This document shows, piece after piece, positions 19,493 to 30,030 of a DNA stretch of 64,000 nt (within the stretch, counting starts at the first letter, position 1; each line of letters opens with the position of its first letter). Source of the stretch: an uncultured delta proteobacterium. Its GTDB lineage: Bacteria; Desulfobacterota; Binatia; UBA9968. Below the pieces are notes generated by a model that was not told the DNA's origin, did no database searches, and worked only from the letters and a program-made list of their open reading frames with translations. The stretch lies in the NCBI GenBank assembly GCA_963771465.1, contig CAVYTU010000002.1:69973-133972 (forward strand), written 5' to 3'. The translations under genes were made by a program, and so were the position numbers.

Positions 19493-19780
19493 CTAAGCGA
19501 GCGGTTCCAACCAATGATCGTAAATATCGACCAGCACTTTATCCTTCGCCCCGGCCGATTTTCCCCACACATCGGCCTGGTTGAAAGCGACTAAATAAAG
19601 CGTCTTCTTGGGCAAGCCGTCCTTGCCAAAGGCGAGCAATTCGGGATTCAAGAAATCGCCGTAGACTTTTTCAATCCAACCCGCTTTGCCGCGAATATAC
19701 CAAGGCGTGCGCAGGTGTCCGGGACGGTCTTCGAATTTCACTTTGACCCGGTCGCCGGGTTTGAATGGTCCGTTTACCAT
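19493..19780 (-). CDS. nitrile hydratase beta subunit, C-terminal-half homolog (separate ORF; alternative GTG start at 19798)
   Basis: FKPGDRVKVKFEDRPGHLRTPWYIRGKAGWIEKVYG...LYLVAFNQADVWG...VLVDIYDHWLEPL matches the C-terminal barrel of NHase beta (GHxRxPxYxRGK motif). Confidence 0.75.
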   Translation of the reverse strand: MVNGPFKPGDRVKVKFEDRPGHLRTPWYIRGKAGWIEKVYGDFLNPELLAFGKDGLPKKTLYLVAFNQADVWGKSAGAKDKVLVDIYDHWLEPLA

Positions 19781-19782
19781 GC

Positions 19783-20094
19783 TCACGGTTCGCCCCACTT
19801 GGCTTCGAATTCGGCGAGCTTGTTGTCGATTTCTTCCTTGGAGAGAATATTTTTTTCGATGAGAATAGCTTCGATGCTAGCAATCCAGCGCTCATAATAA
19901 GTCATGTCCCGGTAAGCTGCCGAGTCCATTTCTTCGCGCGCGCGGCGCATCTCGTCGGTGCGCTTGACGCCGCGCGCGCCGAGCGCTTGATTTACCGCGT
20001 CGGCGAGAATTTCCCAATCGGAAAGTTGGTGCTCGTTCACGTCGATGGCTCCCGCGCCGGGAAGCCCGCCAACGTCATGATGCCCGCGCGCCAT
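19783..20094 (-). CDS. nitrile hydratase beta subunit, N-terminal-half homolog (separate ORF)
   Basis: MARGHHDVGGLPGAGAIDVNEHQLSDWEILADAV... matches the N-terminus of NHase beta (HDxGG). 103 aa. The AGGAGG SD overlaps the pckG stop codon. Confidence 0.75.
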   Translation of the reverse strand: MARGHHDVGGLPGAGAIDVNEHQLSDWEILADAVNQALGARGVKRTDEMRRAREEMDSAAYRDMTYYERWIASIEAILIEKNILSKEEIDNKLAEFEAKWGEP

Positions 20095-20103
20095 AATAGC
20101 CTC

Positions 20104-21876
20104 CTAAGCCTTTAATCGAGCGGCAAGCGCTTTGTGCTCGTCCTTGATACCGGTCGGCAAATGATCGCCGAAGGTAGCAAAAAAATCGCTCTGGCTCTTC
20201 AAGTTATTTTTCCATGCTTCCCGATCGACTGAGACCAATTGATCGAGGTCTGCCTTGGAGACTTCCAGTCCATCGCCGCTCAAGCTCGCCGCTTTGGGCA
20301 CATAGCCGATCGGCGTCTCATCCGCCTGGCCGCCGCCTTTTGAGCGCTCGATCACCCATCGCAGCACACGGAGGTTTTCGCCGAAACCGGGCCAGAGGAA
20401 TCGGCCGCGCTCGTTACGCTGGAACCAATTGACGCGGAATATTTTCGGCGGATTGGTCGCGCGCTGGGCCATCGACAACCAATGCCCCCAATAGTCGCCC
20501 ATGTTGTAACCGCAGAAAGGCAGCATGGCCATTGGGTCGCGCCGCACCACACCGACCATGCCGGTTGCTGCGGCGGTCGTCTCCGACGCCAAAGTCGCGC
20601 CGAGAAAAGTACCGTGCTGCCAGTTGAACGATTGATACACCAGCGGTACCAACTTTTGCCGGCGCGCGCCAAAAAGAATCGCGCTGATCGGCACGCCTTC
20701 GGGCTTTTCCCATTCGGGCGAATAGGTCGGCGCTTGTTTGATCGACACGGTAAAGCGCGCGTTCGGGTGCGCCGCCGGCTGGCCGCCTTCGGGATCCCAA
20801 GGCTTGCCGCGCCAATCTTGAGCATTGTCCGGCACCCGGTCATCGTGGCCTTCCCACCAAACCGTGCCATCATCACGCAGCGCGACATTAGTAAAGATGG
20901 TGTTCTTCTTCACCGTCTGCACCGCGTTGGGATTGGTGTTCGAGCCGGTGCCCGGTGCCACGCCGAAGAAGCCCGCTTCCGGATTGATCGCCCACAACCG
21001 TCCATCGGCACCGACGCGCAACCAAGAAATATCGTCACCCACGGTGTGAATCTTCCAGCCCTTCATGCTTGCCGGCGGCACGAGCATCGCCATGTTGGTT
21101 TTGCCGCAGGCGCTCGGAAAGGCGCCGCAGATGTAAGTGATTTCGCCGTCCGGACTCTCGACACCGACGATCAACATATGCTCGGCGAGCCAGCCTTCTT
21201 TGTGACCGAGCTTGCTGGCGATACGCAATGCCAAACATTTTTTTGCCAGTAAGGCGTTGCCGCCGTAACCGGAACCGACGCTCCAGATCGTGTTGTCCTG
21301 GGGATAGTGGCAGATAAAGCGCCGCTCCATGTCGAGATCGGCTTTGGAATGGAGACAACGAGTGAAATCATCCGACGTGCCCAAATGATCCAAGGCGATT
21401 TTGCCCATGCGCGTCATCAACCGCATGTTGAGCACAACGTAAACGCTATCGGTAACTTGGACGCCGACCTTACTAAACGACGAGCCCTGCGGCCCCATCA
21501 AAAATGGAATGACGTACAACGTCCGGCCGCGCATCGAACCAGCGAATATCTTCGAGAGTTTGTCGTAGGACTCCGCGGGCGCCATCCAGTTATTGTTCGG
21601 TCCCGCGTCTTCCTGCTGTTCGGAACAAACGAAAGTCAGATTTTCGGTGCGTGCCACGTCGTTCTGAGCACTGCGATGGAGATAGCAACCGGGCAGTTCC
21701 TTTTGGTTGAGCGGCAAAAGGTCACCGCATTGAACCGCGACATGGGTTAATTTTTCCCGCTCCGCTTCAGAGCCGTCGCACCAGTAAACATTGTCCGGCT
21801 GGCACATCGCCGCCATCTGCTTGACCCATTGTTGGATATGGATGTTATTCGGAACCGTCCCTGGGATATCGCTCAT
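20104..21876 (-). CDS. pckG: phosphoenolpyruvate carboxykinase (GTP)
   Basis: 590 aa. P-loop FPSACGKTNMAM and overall GTP-PEPCK pattern (WMAPAE, GYGGNALL). Confidence 0.9.
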   Translation of the reverse strand: MSDIPGTVPNNIHIQQWVKQMAAMCQPDNVYWCDGSEAEREKLTHVAVQCGDLLPLNQKELPGCYLHRSAQNDVARTENLTFVCSEQQEDAGPNNNWMAPAESYDKLSKIFAGSMRGRTLYVIPFLMGPQGSSFSKVGVQVTDSVYVVLNMRLMTRMGKIALDHLGTSDDFTRCLHSKADLDMERRFICHYPQDNTIWSVGSGYGGNALLAKKCLALRIASKLGHKEGWLAEHMLIVGVESPDGEITYICGAFPSACGKTNMAMLVPPASMKGWKIHTVGDDISWLRVGADGRLWAINPEAGFFGVAPGTGSNTNPNAVQTVKKNTIFTNVALRDDGTVWWEGHDDRVPDNAQDWRGKPWDPEGGQPAAHPNARFTVSIKQAPTYSPEWEKPEGVPISAILFGARRQKLVPLVYQSFNWQHGTFLGATLASETTAAATGMVGVVRRDPMAMLPFCGYNMGDYWGHWLSMAQRATNPPKIFRVNWFQRNERGRFLWPGFGENLRVLRWVIERSKGGGQADETPIGYVPKAASLSGDGLEVSKADLDQLVSVDREAWKNNLKSQSDFFATFGDHLPTGIKDEHKALAARLKA

Positions 21877-22059
21877 GAGTGGCTATATGTCCTTTCCAAA
21901 ATGCGTCGTTTGAAGCACCAGCCTGACAACTCCGCGAGCGCTCAAAAAGATTCTGCAACCGAGCAAAAAATTTCTCCCAACAGGCCGGAGTCGTTGGGCT
22001 TTCTACTAGTCGGGAAGCCTACTTATTCACTGAGGTGAAGTCAAATGAAGGGCGGCGGA

Positions 22060-22966
22060 TCACTCTTTGAAAATGCGCGCCAGCCGCCAGCGGCCGGCAG
22101 CGACATCTTCAGTCCACTCGGCGAGCGCGACTAACGTGCCCCGTGGATCAAGTATAGCGAGGAGTTTTTCGCCCTCGCGCGGCCGGCCGAGTTGCGGCTA
22201 GAACTTCTTGCTGGCCTAGGCGCAATCGAGAAATCAATTGGCTGCGCCACGCCACCGCGGGCAAATGACTTAATGCCGAGCGCAACGAAAGCAGCGGGGG
22301 CGCTCCGTTGGCACAGCGTTCCTCCAACTCATCAGGCGTGAGCGCTTCGCTGATATTTAAATGGTCGCAGGCCGAGCGCCGGAGAGTTTTCAAATGTGCG
22401 CCACAGCCTAACTCCGTACCCATGTCCGCCGCCAACGTACGCACGTAGGTGCCGCGCGAACAGATCACCTCGAACTCAATTTCCGTCTCGCTTAATTGTC
22501 GAAGCGTGAGCGCTTTGATGCGAATCGCCCGCGCTTCACGGGGGATTTCCTTACCTTGGCGCGCCAACTGGTACAAACGTACGCCGTCTTTCTTGAGCGC
22601 CGAAAACATCGGCGGGACTTGCGTCAGATCGCCGGTGAATTTGCTTTCGAGCATCGTGAGTTCCGCCCCTCCGACCGGGGGCACGGAGCGCGTTTCGATC
22701 ACCTTGCCGGTACAGTCTTGCGAATCGGTCTCCACGCCCAACACCATCACGCCGACATAGCTCTTCGCGCCGCTAAGAAAAATATCGGCAATTTTGGTGC
22801 CTTCGTTGACACCGATGAGCAGCAAGCCGGACGCGAACGGATCGAGCGTGCCGAGATGCCCGACCTTTTTCGCCCCCAGAATCGTTTTCACCCGGTGCAC
22901 CACTTGGGCCGAAGACGGCCCCACCGGCTTGTCGATCAGCAGCACACCGCTTTGCGTCGTTATCAT
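22060..22966 (-). CDS. truB: tRNA pseudouridine-55 synthase TruB; reading frame broken once near the 3' end
   Basis: GVLLIDKPVGPSSAQVVHRVK...GHLGTLDPFASG (catalytic Asp motif). The track ORF ends at 22148, but another frame continues REGEKLLAILDPRGTLVALAEWTEDVAAGRWRLARIFKE to a stop at 22060-22062. The break is within 22171-22200. Confidence 0.85.
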
Positions 22967-23092
22967 AGGGAAAGAGGCCGTTCGAGAAAGAATGGAGTAT
23001 TTTTAGAAAAAAGAACTACGATTCATCACGAAAGATACGAAGTCCGCCCGGAACAAGTCAAAGGGAGCACGGAACTCGGAGTGAAAATCAAG

Positions 23093-23434
23093 TTAACTCT
23101 TTACCTGCTTCAACAATTCATCGATGCGCTGGGCTTCGTCTTCGCTGTCGTCGTAGGTAAATTCGATCGCCGGGACGAATCGCAGGTTGAGCTGATTGCC
23201 AACCCTCGAGCGGATAAATCCGCTGGCGCTCTTCAGACCCGCCGCTGCGTTAATGCGAGAATCTTGTCCGCCGCGAATGTTGAAATAGACTCGGGCATTG
23301 CGCAAATCTTTGCTGACTTTCACGCCGGTGAGTGTAACCGTCTGCACCCGCGGGTCACGGATGTCTTTGCGCAAAAGCTCCGCAATCACTTCAAGGATCA
23401 AATCACCGACCCGGTCTGAGCGTTGATACTCCAT
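23093..23434 (-). CDS. rbfA: ribosome-binding factor A
   Basis: MEYQRSDRVGDLILEVIAELLRKDIRDPRV...VTLTGVKVSKDLRNARVYF. Position between infB and truB. Confidence 0.85.
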   Translation of the reverse strand: MEYQRSDRVGDLILEVIAELLRKDIRDPRVQTVTLTGVKVSKDLRNARVYFNIRGGQDSRINAAAGLKSASGFIRSRVGNQLNLRFVPAIEFTYDDSEDEAQRIDELLKQVKS

Positions 23435-23547
23435 GGATTTTAGGGTGACGAAAAATTTTGCGGCGCGAAGGACATGAAGATTCGGATTGTCAATTCTGCC
23501 CTTGGCGCCGTTTGCGGCCAATTGTCTGGCGTCCGAAAAAATATTCT

Positions 23548-23835
23548 TTAGCAGTAAAAAAATTCGATGCCGGCCGCGCCGACTTCGGCCAAACCCAACT
23601 CATCGACAAACTCGACGACCTTGGTCAGTGTCGCTTCGATGATCGGCCGGCTGGTGCCGGCGATCGCGAAGCCGAGCAGGGTGCTTTGCCACAAGTCCTG
23701 ATCGCCGCACTCAGCAACGGAAATATTGAATCGATGCGACACCCGCGCCTGGATTCGCTTGATGACTCCCCGCTTGCCCTTGAGGGAATGATTTTCGGGA
23801 ATCACCAGGTTGAGCTTGAGAACACCGACAACCAT
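23548..23835 (-). CDS. DUF503 family protein (YlxP-like)
   Basis: 95 aa. MVVGVLKLNLVIPENHSLKGKRGVIKRI... Conserved position between infB and rbfA. Confidence 0.7.
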   Translation of the reverse strand: MVVGVLKLNLVIPENHSLKGKRGVIKRIQARVSHRFNISVAECGDQDLWQSTLLGFAIAGTSRPIIEATLTKVVEFVDELGLAEVGAAGIEFFYC

Positions 23836-23884
23836 GGAGAAAATGGCAACCGAAAGGATTGCGCCTACGACCTAGACGCGCGCT

Positions 23885-26607
23885 TCACGCCCGGACGGAG
23901 TTGGATTGATCCTGCGAATGACGGGAATCTTCTCGTAAGCTCTCGATCACATCGCCTTGTTTCAAATCCTGATATCCTTCGAGCGAGAGGCCGCATTCAT
24001 AACCCGCGGCCACTTCGCGCACGTCGTCCTTGAACCGCTTCAAGCTTGCCAGCTTGCCTTCGTGCACCACCACTTGGTCGCGCAACAGACGAACCGAGTG
24101 GCCGCGCGCCACTTTGCCTTCAGTGACGTAGCATCCGGCGATGGTGCCGACGCCGACGATGTTGAAGATCTGGCGAATCTCGACGCGGCCGTGCACTTGC
24201 TCGCGGTAAGTCGGCTCGAGCATGCCTTCCATGGCGGCACGTACATCGGCGACCGCTTCGTAAATGATCGTGTAGAGGCGCACGTCGACGCCTTCTTTCG
24301 CGGCCAAGGCCGCGCCTTTCGATTCCGGCCGCACGTTGAAACCGATAACGATGGCGTTCGATGCGGCAGCGAGCAAGATATCGCTCTCGGTGATGCCGCC
24401 CACCGAACCGTGCAGAACTCTCAGCTTGACGTCATTGGTGGACATCCGTGTTAAAGCCTCGGTCACCGCCTCGACGGAACCTTGCACATCGGCTTTGAGT
24501 ACGACGCGCAGTTCTTTGACATCGCCGGCCTTGATTTGACTGTAAATTCTTCGAGCGACACTTTGCTCGATTTGACCAATTCGGTTTCGCGCTGCTTGCC
24601 GTGGCGGAACTCAGCCACTTGGCGCGCTTTGGCTTCATCGGCCACCGCGACGAATGAATCGCCGGCCAGCGGCACGCCCTGCAAGCCCAAAATTTCCACC
24701 GGGAACGACGGCGGCGCCGCATCTACTTTGCGCCCTTGATCGTCGATCATGGCGCGCACTTTGCCGTAAAACACGCCACAGACAAATGCGTCGCCGACAT
24801 GCAGCGTGCCTTCCTGCACCAACACTGTCGCCACGGGACCGCGGCCGCGGTCGAGTTTCGCTTCGACAATCGTGCCGCGCGCCAGTTTGTCGGGGTTGGC
24901 TTTGAGCTCCAAGATATCGGCCTGGAGCTGGAGCATTTCCAACAAGTGCGGAATACCTTCATGGGTTTTCGCCGACACCGGCGCGAACACCGCATCGCCG
25001 CCCCAATCCTCAGAGAGCAGACCATATTCGGACAATCCTCTTTTTACTTTTTCCAAATCAGCATCGGGCCGGTCGATCTTATTGACCGCGACGAGGATCG
25101 GCACCTCGGCAGCGCGGGCATGGTTGATCGCTTCCACCGTCTGCGGCATGACCCCGTCGTCGGCGGCGACCACCAACACGACGATGTCGGTGACCTTCGC
25201 GCCGCGCGCGCGCATGGCGGTGAACGCTTCATGGCCCGGCGTGTCGAGAAAGGTCACGCTACGGCCGTCGACTTGGACGTGATAGGCGCCGATATGTTGG
25301 GTGATGCCGCCATGTTCTTGCGCGGTCACATGGGTGCTGCGAATCGCATCGAGCAAGGAGGTCTTGCCATGATCGACGTGGCCCATGATGGTCACGACCG
25401 GCGAACGTGGCATCAGTGCGCTTTCCTGCTCTTCCGCTTGATGCTCGACTTCCAACATGCTGTCGACGTCGAAGGCGACGTTCTCAACTTGATGATCGAA
25501 TTCTGAGGCGATCAAAGTCGCGGTGTCGGCATCGAGCACTTGGTTGATCGTCGCCATCATGCCCATGCCCATCAGTTTCTTGATCACGTCGCCGGCTTTG
25601 ACGCCCATCTCACGCGACAGATCGCCGACGGTAACCACTTCGGAAATTTTGATAACGCGTTTGCTCGCCTTTGGAACCGTGATCTCGGTTTTGCGGACTT
25701 CTTTGCCAGGCAACACCCGGCGCTTTTTTTGAAACCGTCCGCCGCGCAGCTCACTCTCGCGGGTCTCCAACACATCTTGCTTTTTAACCACGCGTTTTTT
25801 GTGCCGTCCGGTTTTCGGTTTGTCCGCGTCGCCCGGTGCGGGTGGCGCCCCGTCTGCCGGCCTGGCCGCATCAGTGGGGCGAGACCCAGGCGCGCCTGCT
25901 GGAGGTCGGCGTAGGACCGGCGTCGGCGCCGGTTCGATGCGCATGGTTTGTTTAAGATCGATACGGCCAAGGATACGCGCGCCACGCGGTGCCTCGGGTT
26001 GTGCGGCCGGCGCCGGCTTCGCGGCTGGCGCGACTACGTCCGGGGTCGGCAGAGGCTTAGCCACGCGGGTCAGTTCTGCCGCGATGTCACTTTCAGCTTC
26101 AGCTGGAACCGGCGCTGGCGCCGGTTCAACGATCGATTCGACAACTTCGGGTACGGGTTCGCCTTCGGGGGCAACAACGACTGGAACCTCTTCTTCTTCG
26201 ACCGGTTCGGGAGCCGACACGGTTTCCACCGGAACAACCGGTTCTTGGGCGATCGGCTCATGAATAACTTCGTTCGCTTCCGACGGCGCAACTTCGATGC
26301 GGCTGGTGCGCCGGCGAATGACGTTGGCGCGCACGCGCCGCTCGACCACGGTCTCGCGCGATTCGATACCGCTCTGCCCTTCTTCTTCCGCCTTCACGAC
26401 GCGGTCGGCGACGACTTTTTCTTCGCCAACGTGCACCTGCGGCTTTTCCAACGCGGCGAACGCGGCGCGCACGCGCGTCACCTCGTCGTCTTCAAGCGCG
26501 CTTTGGGCTTTGCGCCCGCGCATTCCCATCTTATCCAACTGGGCGATCAAATCTTTGGTCTCGATACCCAGGTCTTTGGCTAACAGATGGACTCTCGTCT
26601 TTCCCAT
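23885..26607 (-). CDS. infB: translation initiation factor IF-2; reading frame broken once (track ORFs 24463-26607 and 23885-24487)
   Basis: G-domain motifs [20 protein letters not shown] and NKID. ...SKVSLEEF continues as [31 protein letters not shown] only after a 1-nt shift at the aaa/ttt run at 24544-24546. Confidence 0.9.
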
Positions 26608-26613
26608 CGCGTC

Positions 26614-26883
26614 TTACTCCCACTCTCGCTCGGCTAATTCGTCGATCAATTTTGATTTTACCGCCCGGCTAATCTCGGCATGAAACGCGCGGTAATGACC
26701 TTTGCGATTGACGAATGCTTTTTGACAGCTCGGTGCGCGGTGCAAATATCCGCCGCGCCCCCGATCACTTTCAACTTGTATTTGATCCTGGCCCGTCACG
26801 GCCAACCTAAGCAACTTATCCTTATCGTCCCGCGCACCGCATCCTAAACAGGTTCGTTGCGCTCTGTGCGCTCGCTTCGCCAC
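26614..26883 (-). CDS. ylxR: YlxR/DUF448 family RNA-binding protein
   Basis: RTCLGCGARDDKDKLLRL motif. Position between nusA and infB. Confidence 0.8.
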   Translation of the reverse strand: MAKRAHRAQRTCLGCGARDDKDKLLRLAVTGQDQIQVESDRGRGGYLHRAPSCQKAFVNRKGHYRAFHAEISRAVKSKLIDELAEREWE

Positions 26884-26905
26884 TCGGAGTAACCGGAGCC
26901 GCCGT

Positions 26906-28258
26906 CTATGATTCTGGCTCGGGTGACGTTTCCGTGATCAGCGCGGCTTCTGCGGCTAACGCCGCTGCGGCGGCGCTGGCGGCCGCCGCGCTAGCCGCGA
27001 GTTCCGCTTCCTGCACCCGCTTTTCAGCCACATACTGTTTCGCCGACTTGTGCAACGCCTCGGCTTTCTCTTTGCTGATTCCCTCGACGTCGAGAATATC
27101 ATCGAGTTCGCTGTCGGCCACGTCTTCAGCGGATTTGAATCCAGCCTGGTAGAGCAGCTCGCCGGCAATATCACCGATGCCCGGTATGGCATTGATCGAC
27201 TGGCGCGCTTTTCGGGTCTCTTCTTCCGCCTCGGCTTCGCTACAGACATCGATGCGCCAGCCGGTAAGACGGGAAGCGAGGCGGACGTTTTGCCCCTTTT
27301 TGCCGATCGCCAGCGACAGCATATCGTCGGGGACCACGACCTCCATCGTATGATCGTCGTCATCGATAATAATCTTGGCAACCTTGGCCGGCGCCAGGGC
27401 GCGGCAAACATATTCGGCTTGATCGGCAATCCAATGCACGATGTCGATTTTTTCGCCGCGCAACTCCTGCACCACCGACTGCACCCGCGTGCCCTTCATG
27501 CCCACGCAAGCACCCACCGGATCGACGTCGGGGTCATGCGACACCACGGCGATCTTGGCCCGTCCGCCCGGCTCCCGCGCCGCGCCTTTGACTTCGACGA
27601 TGCCTTCGTAAATTTCCGGCACTTCCTGGGCGAACAATTGAATCAACATGCCAGGATGGGTGCGCGACAAGACGATCTGCGGGCCGCGGCTGGTGATCTC
27701 GACGCTGACGATAAAAGCGCGAATCCGGTCGCCCTGGCGATAACGCTCGCGCGGCACCTGTTCTTTTTCCGGCAAGATCGCGTCGGTGCGGCCGAGGTTG
27801 ACGATGATGTTGCGCTTTTCGAAACGCTGCACGATGCCGTTGACCAATTGGCCTTCGCGCCCTTTGAACTCATTGAAAATAATTTCCCGCTCGGCGTCAC
27901 GCACCCGCTGAACGATGTTTTGTTTAGCCGCCTGTGCGGCGATGCGGCCGAATACACTCGAGTCCAGTTTGCAAAGCAACTCATCGCCGACTTCAGCGTC
28001 CGGGTCGAGGTTCTCGCGGGCGTCGTCCTTGGTAATCTCGGTGGCTGCATCCTGGACCGTTTCGACGACGGTCTTGGCTTCGAAAAGTTCGACTTCGCCG
28101 ATCTCGGGATTGAACTGCGCCTCGATCTTACGCTGGTGGCCGAAGGTTTTCTTCGCCGCCGATATCATGGCATTTTCCAAGGCGCTGATCAGAATCGCTT
28201 TGTCGATGCCCTTTTCCTTGCTCACTTGCTCAATAACTCGATTTAAGTCTTGCTGCAT
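26906..28258 (-). CDS. nusA: transcription termination/antitermination factor NusA
   Basis: The start [18 protein letters not shown] lies immediately after the rimP stop. S1 and KH regions are present ([12 protein letters not shown]..., [14 protein letters not shown]). Ala-rich C-terminal tail. Confidence 0.9.
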   Translation of the reverse strand: MQQDLNRVIEQVSKEKGIDKAILISALENAMISAAKKTFGHQRKIEAQFNPEIGEVELFEAKTVVETVQDAATEITKDDARENLDPDAEVGDELLCKLDSSVFGRIAAQAAKQNIVQRVRDAEREIIFNEFKGREGQLVNGIVQRFEKRNIIVNLGRTDAILPEKEQVPRERYRQGDRIRAFIVSVEITSRGPQIVLSRTHPGMLIQLFAQEVPEIYEGIVEVKGAAREPGGRAKIAVVSHDPDVDPVGACVGMKGTRVQSVVQELRGEKIDIVHWIADQAEYVCRALAPAKVAKIIIDDDDHTMEVVVPDDMLSLAIGKKGQNVRLASRLTGWRIDVCSEAEAEEETRKARQSINAIPGIGDIAGELLYQAGFKSAEDVADSELDDILDVEGISKEKAEALHKSAKQYVAEKRVQEAELAASAAAASAAAAALAAEAALITETSPEPES

Positions 28259-28259
28259 A

Positions 28260-28730
28260 TTAGGCACTCCAGTCGTGCTCGTAATTGGATTTTTCAATCA
28301 CTGAAAATGGGATTTCGAACTTGGCGCCGTCTTGATTCACGGCAATCTTCTCCGTGGACACTTCGAGCAACTCACCGAGAAATGCGCGTCTACCATTAAT
28401 CATGTCGCGGGTGCGCACACGGATCTTCTTGCCGACGAAGCGGGCAAAATGCTCCGGCCGTTTGAGCGGTCGGTTGATCCCAGGAGAGGATACCTCCAAA
28501 GTATATGCGCCCTCGACGACATCTTCGTGCTCGTCCAAGAGGTCGCTCAGGCCGCGGCTTACCCGGCTGAGATCCTCCATGCTCGGGCCACCTTCTTTAT
28601 CGAGATAGACGCGCAAAACCCGACCGCCGCGCCCGCCGTCAGGCTTGAGTTCAATATCGACGATCTCCAGCTCTTGGCTTTGCGCCAAAGGCGCTGCGAG
28701 TTCCCACACCCGGTTAATCGCTGTGTCCAT
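28260..28730 (-). CDS. rimP: ribosome maturation factor RimP
   Basis: MDTAINRVWELAAPLAQSQELEIVDIELKPDGGRGGRVLRVYLDKEGG. Position upstream of nusA. Confidence 0.85.
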   Translation of the reverse strand: MDTAINRVWELAAPLAQSQELEIVDIELKPDGGRGGRVLRVYLDKEGGPSMEDLSRVSRGLSDLLDEHEDVVEGAYTLEVSSPGINRPLKRPEHFARFVGKKIRVRTRDMINGRRAFLGELLEVSTEKIAVNQDGAKFEIPFSVIEKSNYEHDWSA

Positions 28731-28917
28731 CTGACTGCCCAACCGTTTCCGACCCCAGAAACAAAAAAAGCGGGCAGAGCCCACTTCGAGTACTAACTCC
28801 GAAAGTGTAAAGAATTTACTACCATAGTGATGCGCGGCATTGCAAGTCCGCCAGCCTCGCGGCGTTTGCGCCTGGGACGGTTTTTGCTATGCTCGATTTT
28901 CACTACTCGGATCAACC

Positions 28918-30027
28918 ATGGATGCTACCACGCCGCAACTGCGCACGCCGGCACCGCAAATTTCCTGGGAGCAGATTCTCAGCAATTTGGACGACGGTGT
29001 GATCACGGTCGACCTCGAAGGTAAGATCGGCTTTTTCAACGAAGCCGCCGAAGTGCTCACCGAAATCTCCTCGGCGGCAACCACCGGTCAGCGCTTAGAA
29101 CAGATATTCAAACGCGAGCCTTGGCTGCTCGGCCTCGTGGGCAAAAGCCAACCGCCGCGCCAAGAGAGCGCTCGCGGCGAAGGTGATTTTGTCACCCGCT
29201 GGGGTCGAAAGACTCCCGTCAGCGTCACCGTATCGCCGTTAGTCGACCCGCAAGGAGAGTTTCTTGGCTCGATCATGCTGCTGCGCGACATCAAACACCG
29301 CCGAGAACTCGAAGAGGATTTAAAGCGCGCCGACCGCCTCGCGCTCATGGGCACCTTGGCAGCGGGCCTCGCTCACGAAATTAGAAATCCTCTCGGCGGT
29401 ATCAAGGGCGCCGCGCAATTACTGCGTCGCTCCGTTGATGGCATACCATCGGTCAAGGAATTCACCGACATCATGATCCGCGAGGTCGATCGGGTGAATC
29501 AGTTGATCGAGCAACTGCTCGACCTGTCCCGCCCCGCCGAGCTCGACCTCGCGCCAGTCAATATTCATGAGGTTCTCGACGATGTCTTATTGCTCGAAAG
29601 CCAAACGATCGGTGAGAAGGGGATCGAGATCAGAAAACGCTTTGATCCGAGCTTGCCGCCGATCCGCGGCGACCGGGCGCAACTCACGCAAGTTTTTTTG
29701 AACTTGGTAAAAAACGCCTTTCAGGCGATGGGCGAGCGCGGCACGCTAACCGTGGCGAGCCGGCTGGAAACCGATTTTCGCATTCGCGGTGAAGGAACAT
29801 CGGCGAGCCGCTTTATTTGGATCGACATCGCGGACGAAGGCGCGGGCATTAGCGAAGAAGATCTGCCGCAAATCTTTTCGCCGTTCTTCACGACCAAAAC
29901 CAGCGGCACCGGACTGGGCTTAGCCACCTGCTACCGGATCATTAAAGAACACGGCGGCACGATCCGCGTTGAAAGCATTCTGGGTCAAGGCAGCACGTTT
30001 AAAATCTCCTTAGTCGTGGCGGATTGA
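28918..30027 (+). CDS. cytoplasmic PAS-domain sensor histidine kinase (NtrB-like)
   Basis: PAS-like N-terminus (LDDGVITVDLEGKIGFFNEAAEVL), H-box LAHEIRNPL, N/G boxes (NLVKNAFQA, GTGLGLA). No TM helix. Confidence 0.85.
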   Translation: MDATTPQLRTPAPQISWEQILSNLDDGVITVDLEGKIGFFNEAAEVLTEISSAATTGQRLEQIFKREPWLLGLVGKSQPPRQESARGEGDFVTRWGRKTPVSVTVSPLVDPQGEFLGSIMLLRDIKHRRELEEDLKRADRLALMGTLAAGLAHEIRNPLGGIKGAAQLLRRSVDGIPSVKEFTDIMIREVDRVNQLIEQLLDLSRPAELDLAPVNIHEVLDDVLLLESQTIGEKGIEIRKRFDPSLPPIRGDRAQLTQVFLNLVKNAFQAMGERGTLTVASRLETDFRIRGEGTSASRFIWIDIADEGAGISEEDLPQIFSPFFTTKTSGTGLGLATCYRIIKEHGGTIRVESILGQGSTFKISLVVAD

Positions 30028-30030
30028 AGT

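Noticed and set aside
18850-20094. Calling the three-ORF enzyme a thiocyanate hydrolase (ScnABC) or specifically toyocamycin nitrile hydratase.
   Set aside because: Architecture alone cannot distinguish these. The subunit sizes do not match SCNase (about 126/157/243 aa as I recall), and no toyocamycin or deazapurine genes are nearby. I kept the generic call of NHase-like with unknown substrate.
23023-23044. A one-armed CACGAAG-word segment between rbfA and truB as an internal terminator or attenuator of the nusA-infB operon.
   Set aside because: No complementary arm is present, so no stable hairpin forms. The downstream T-run alone is insufficient evidence.
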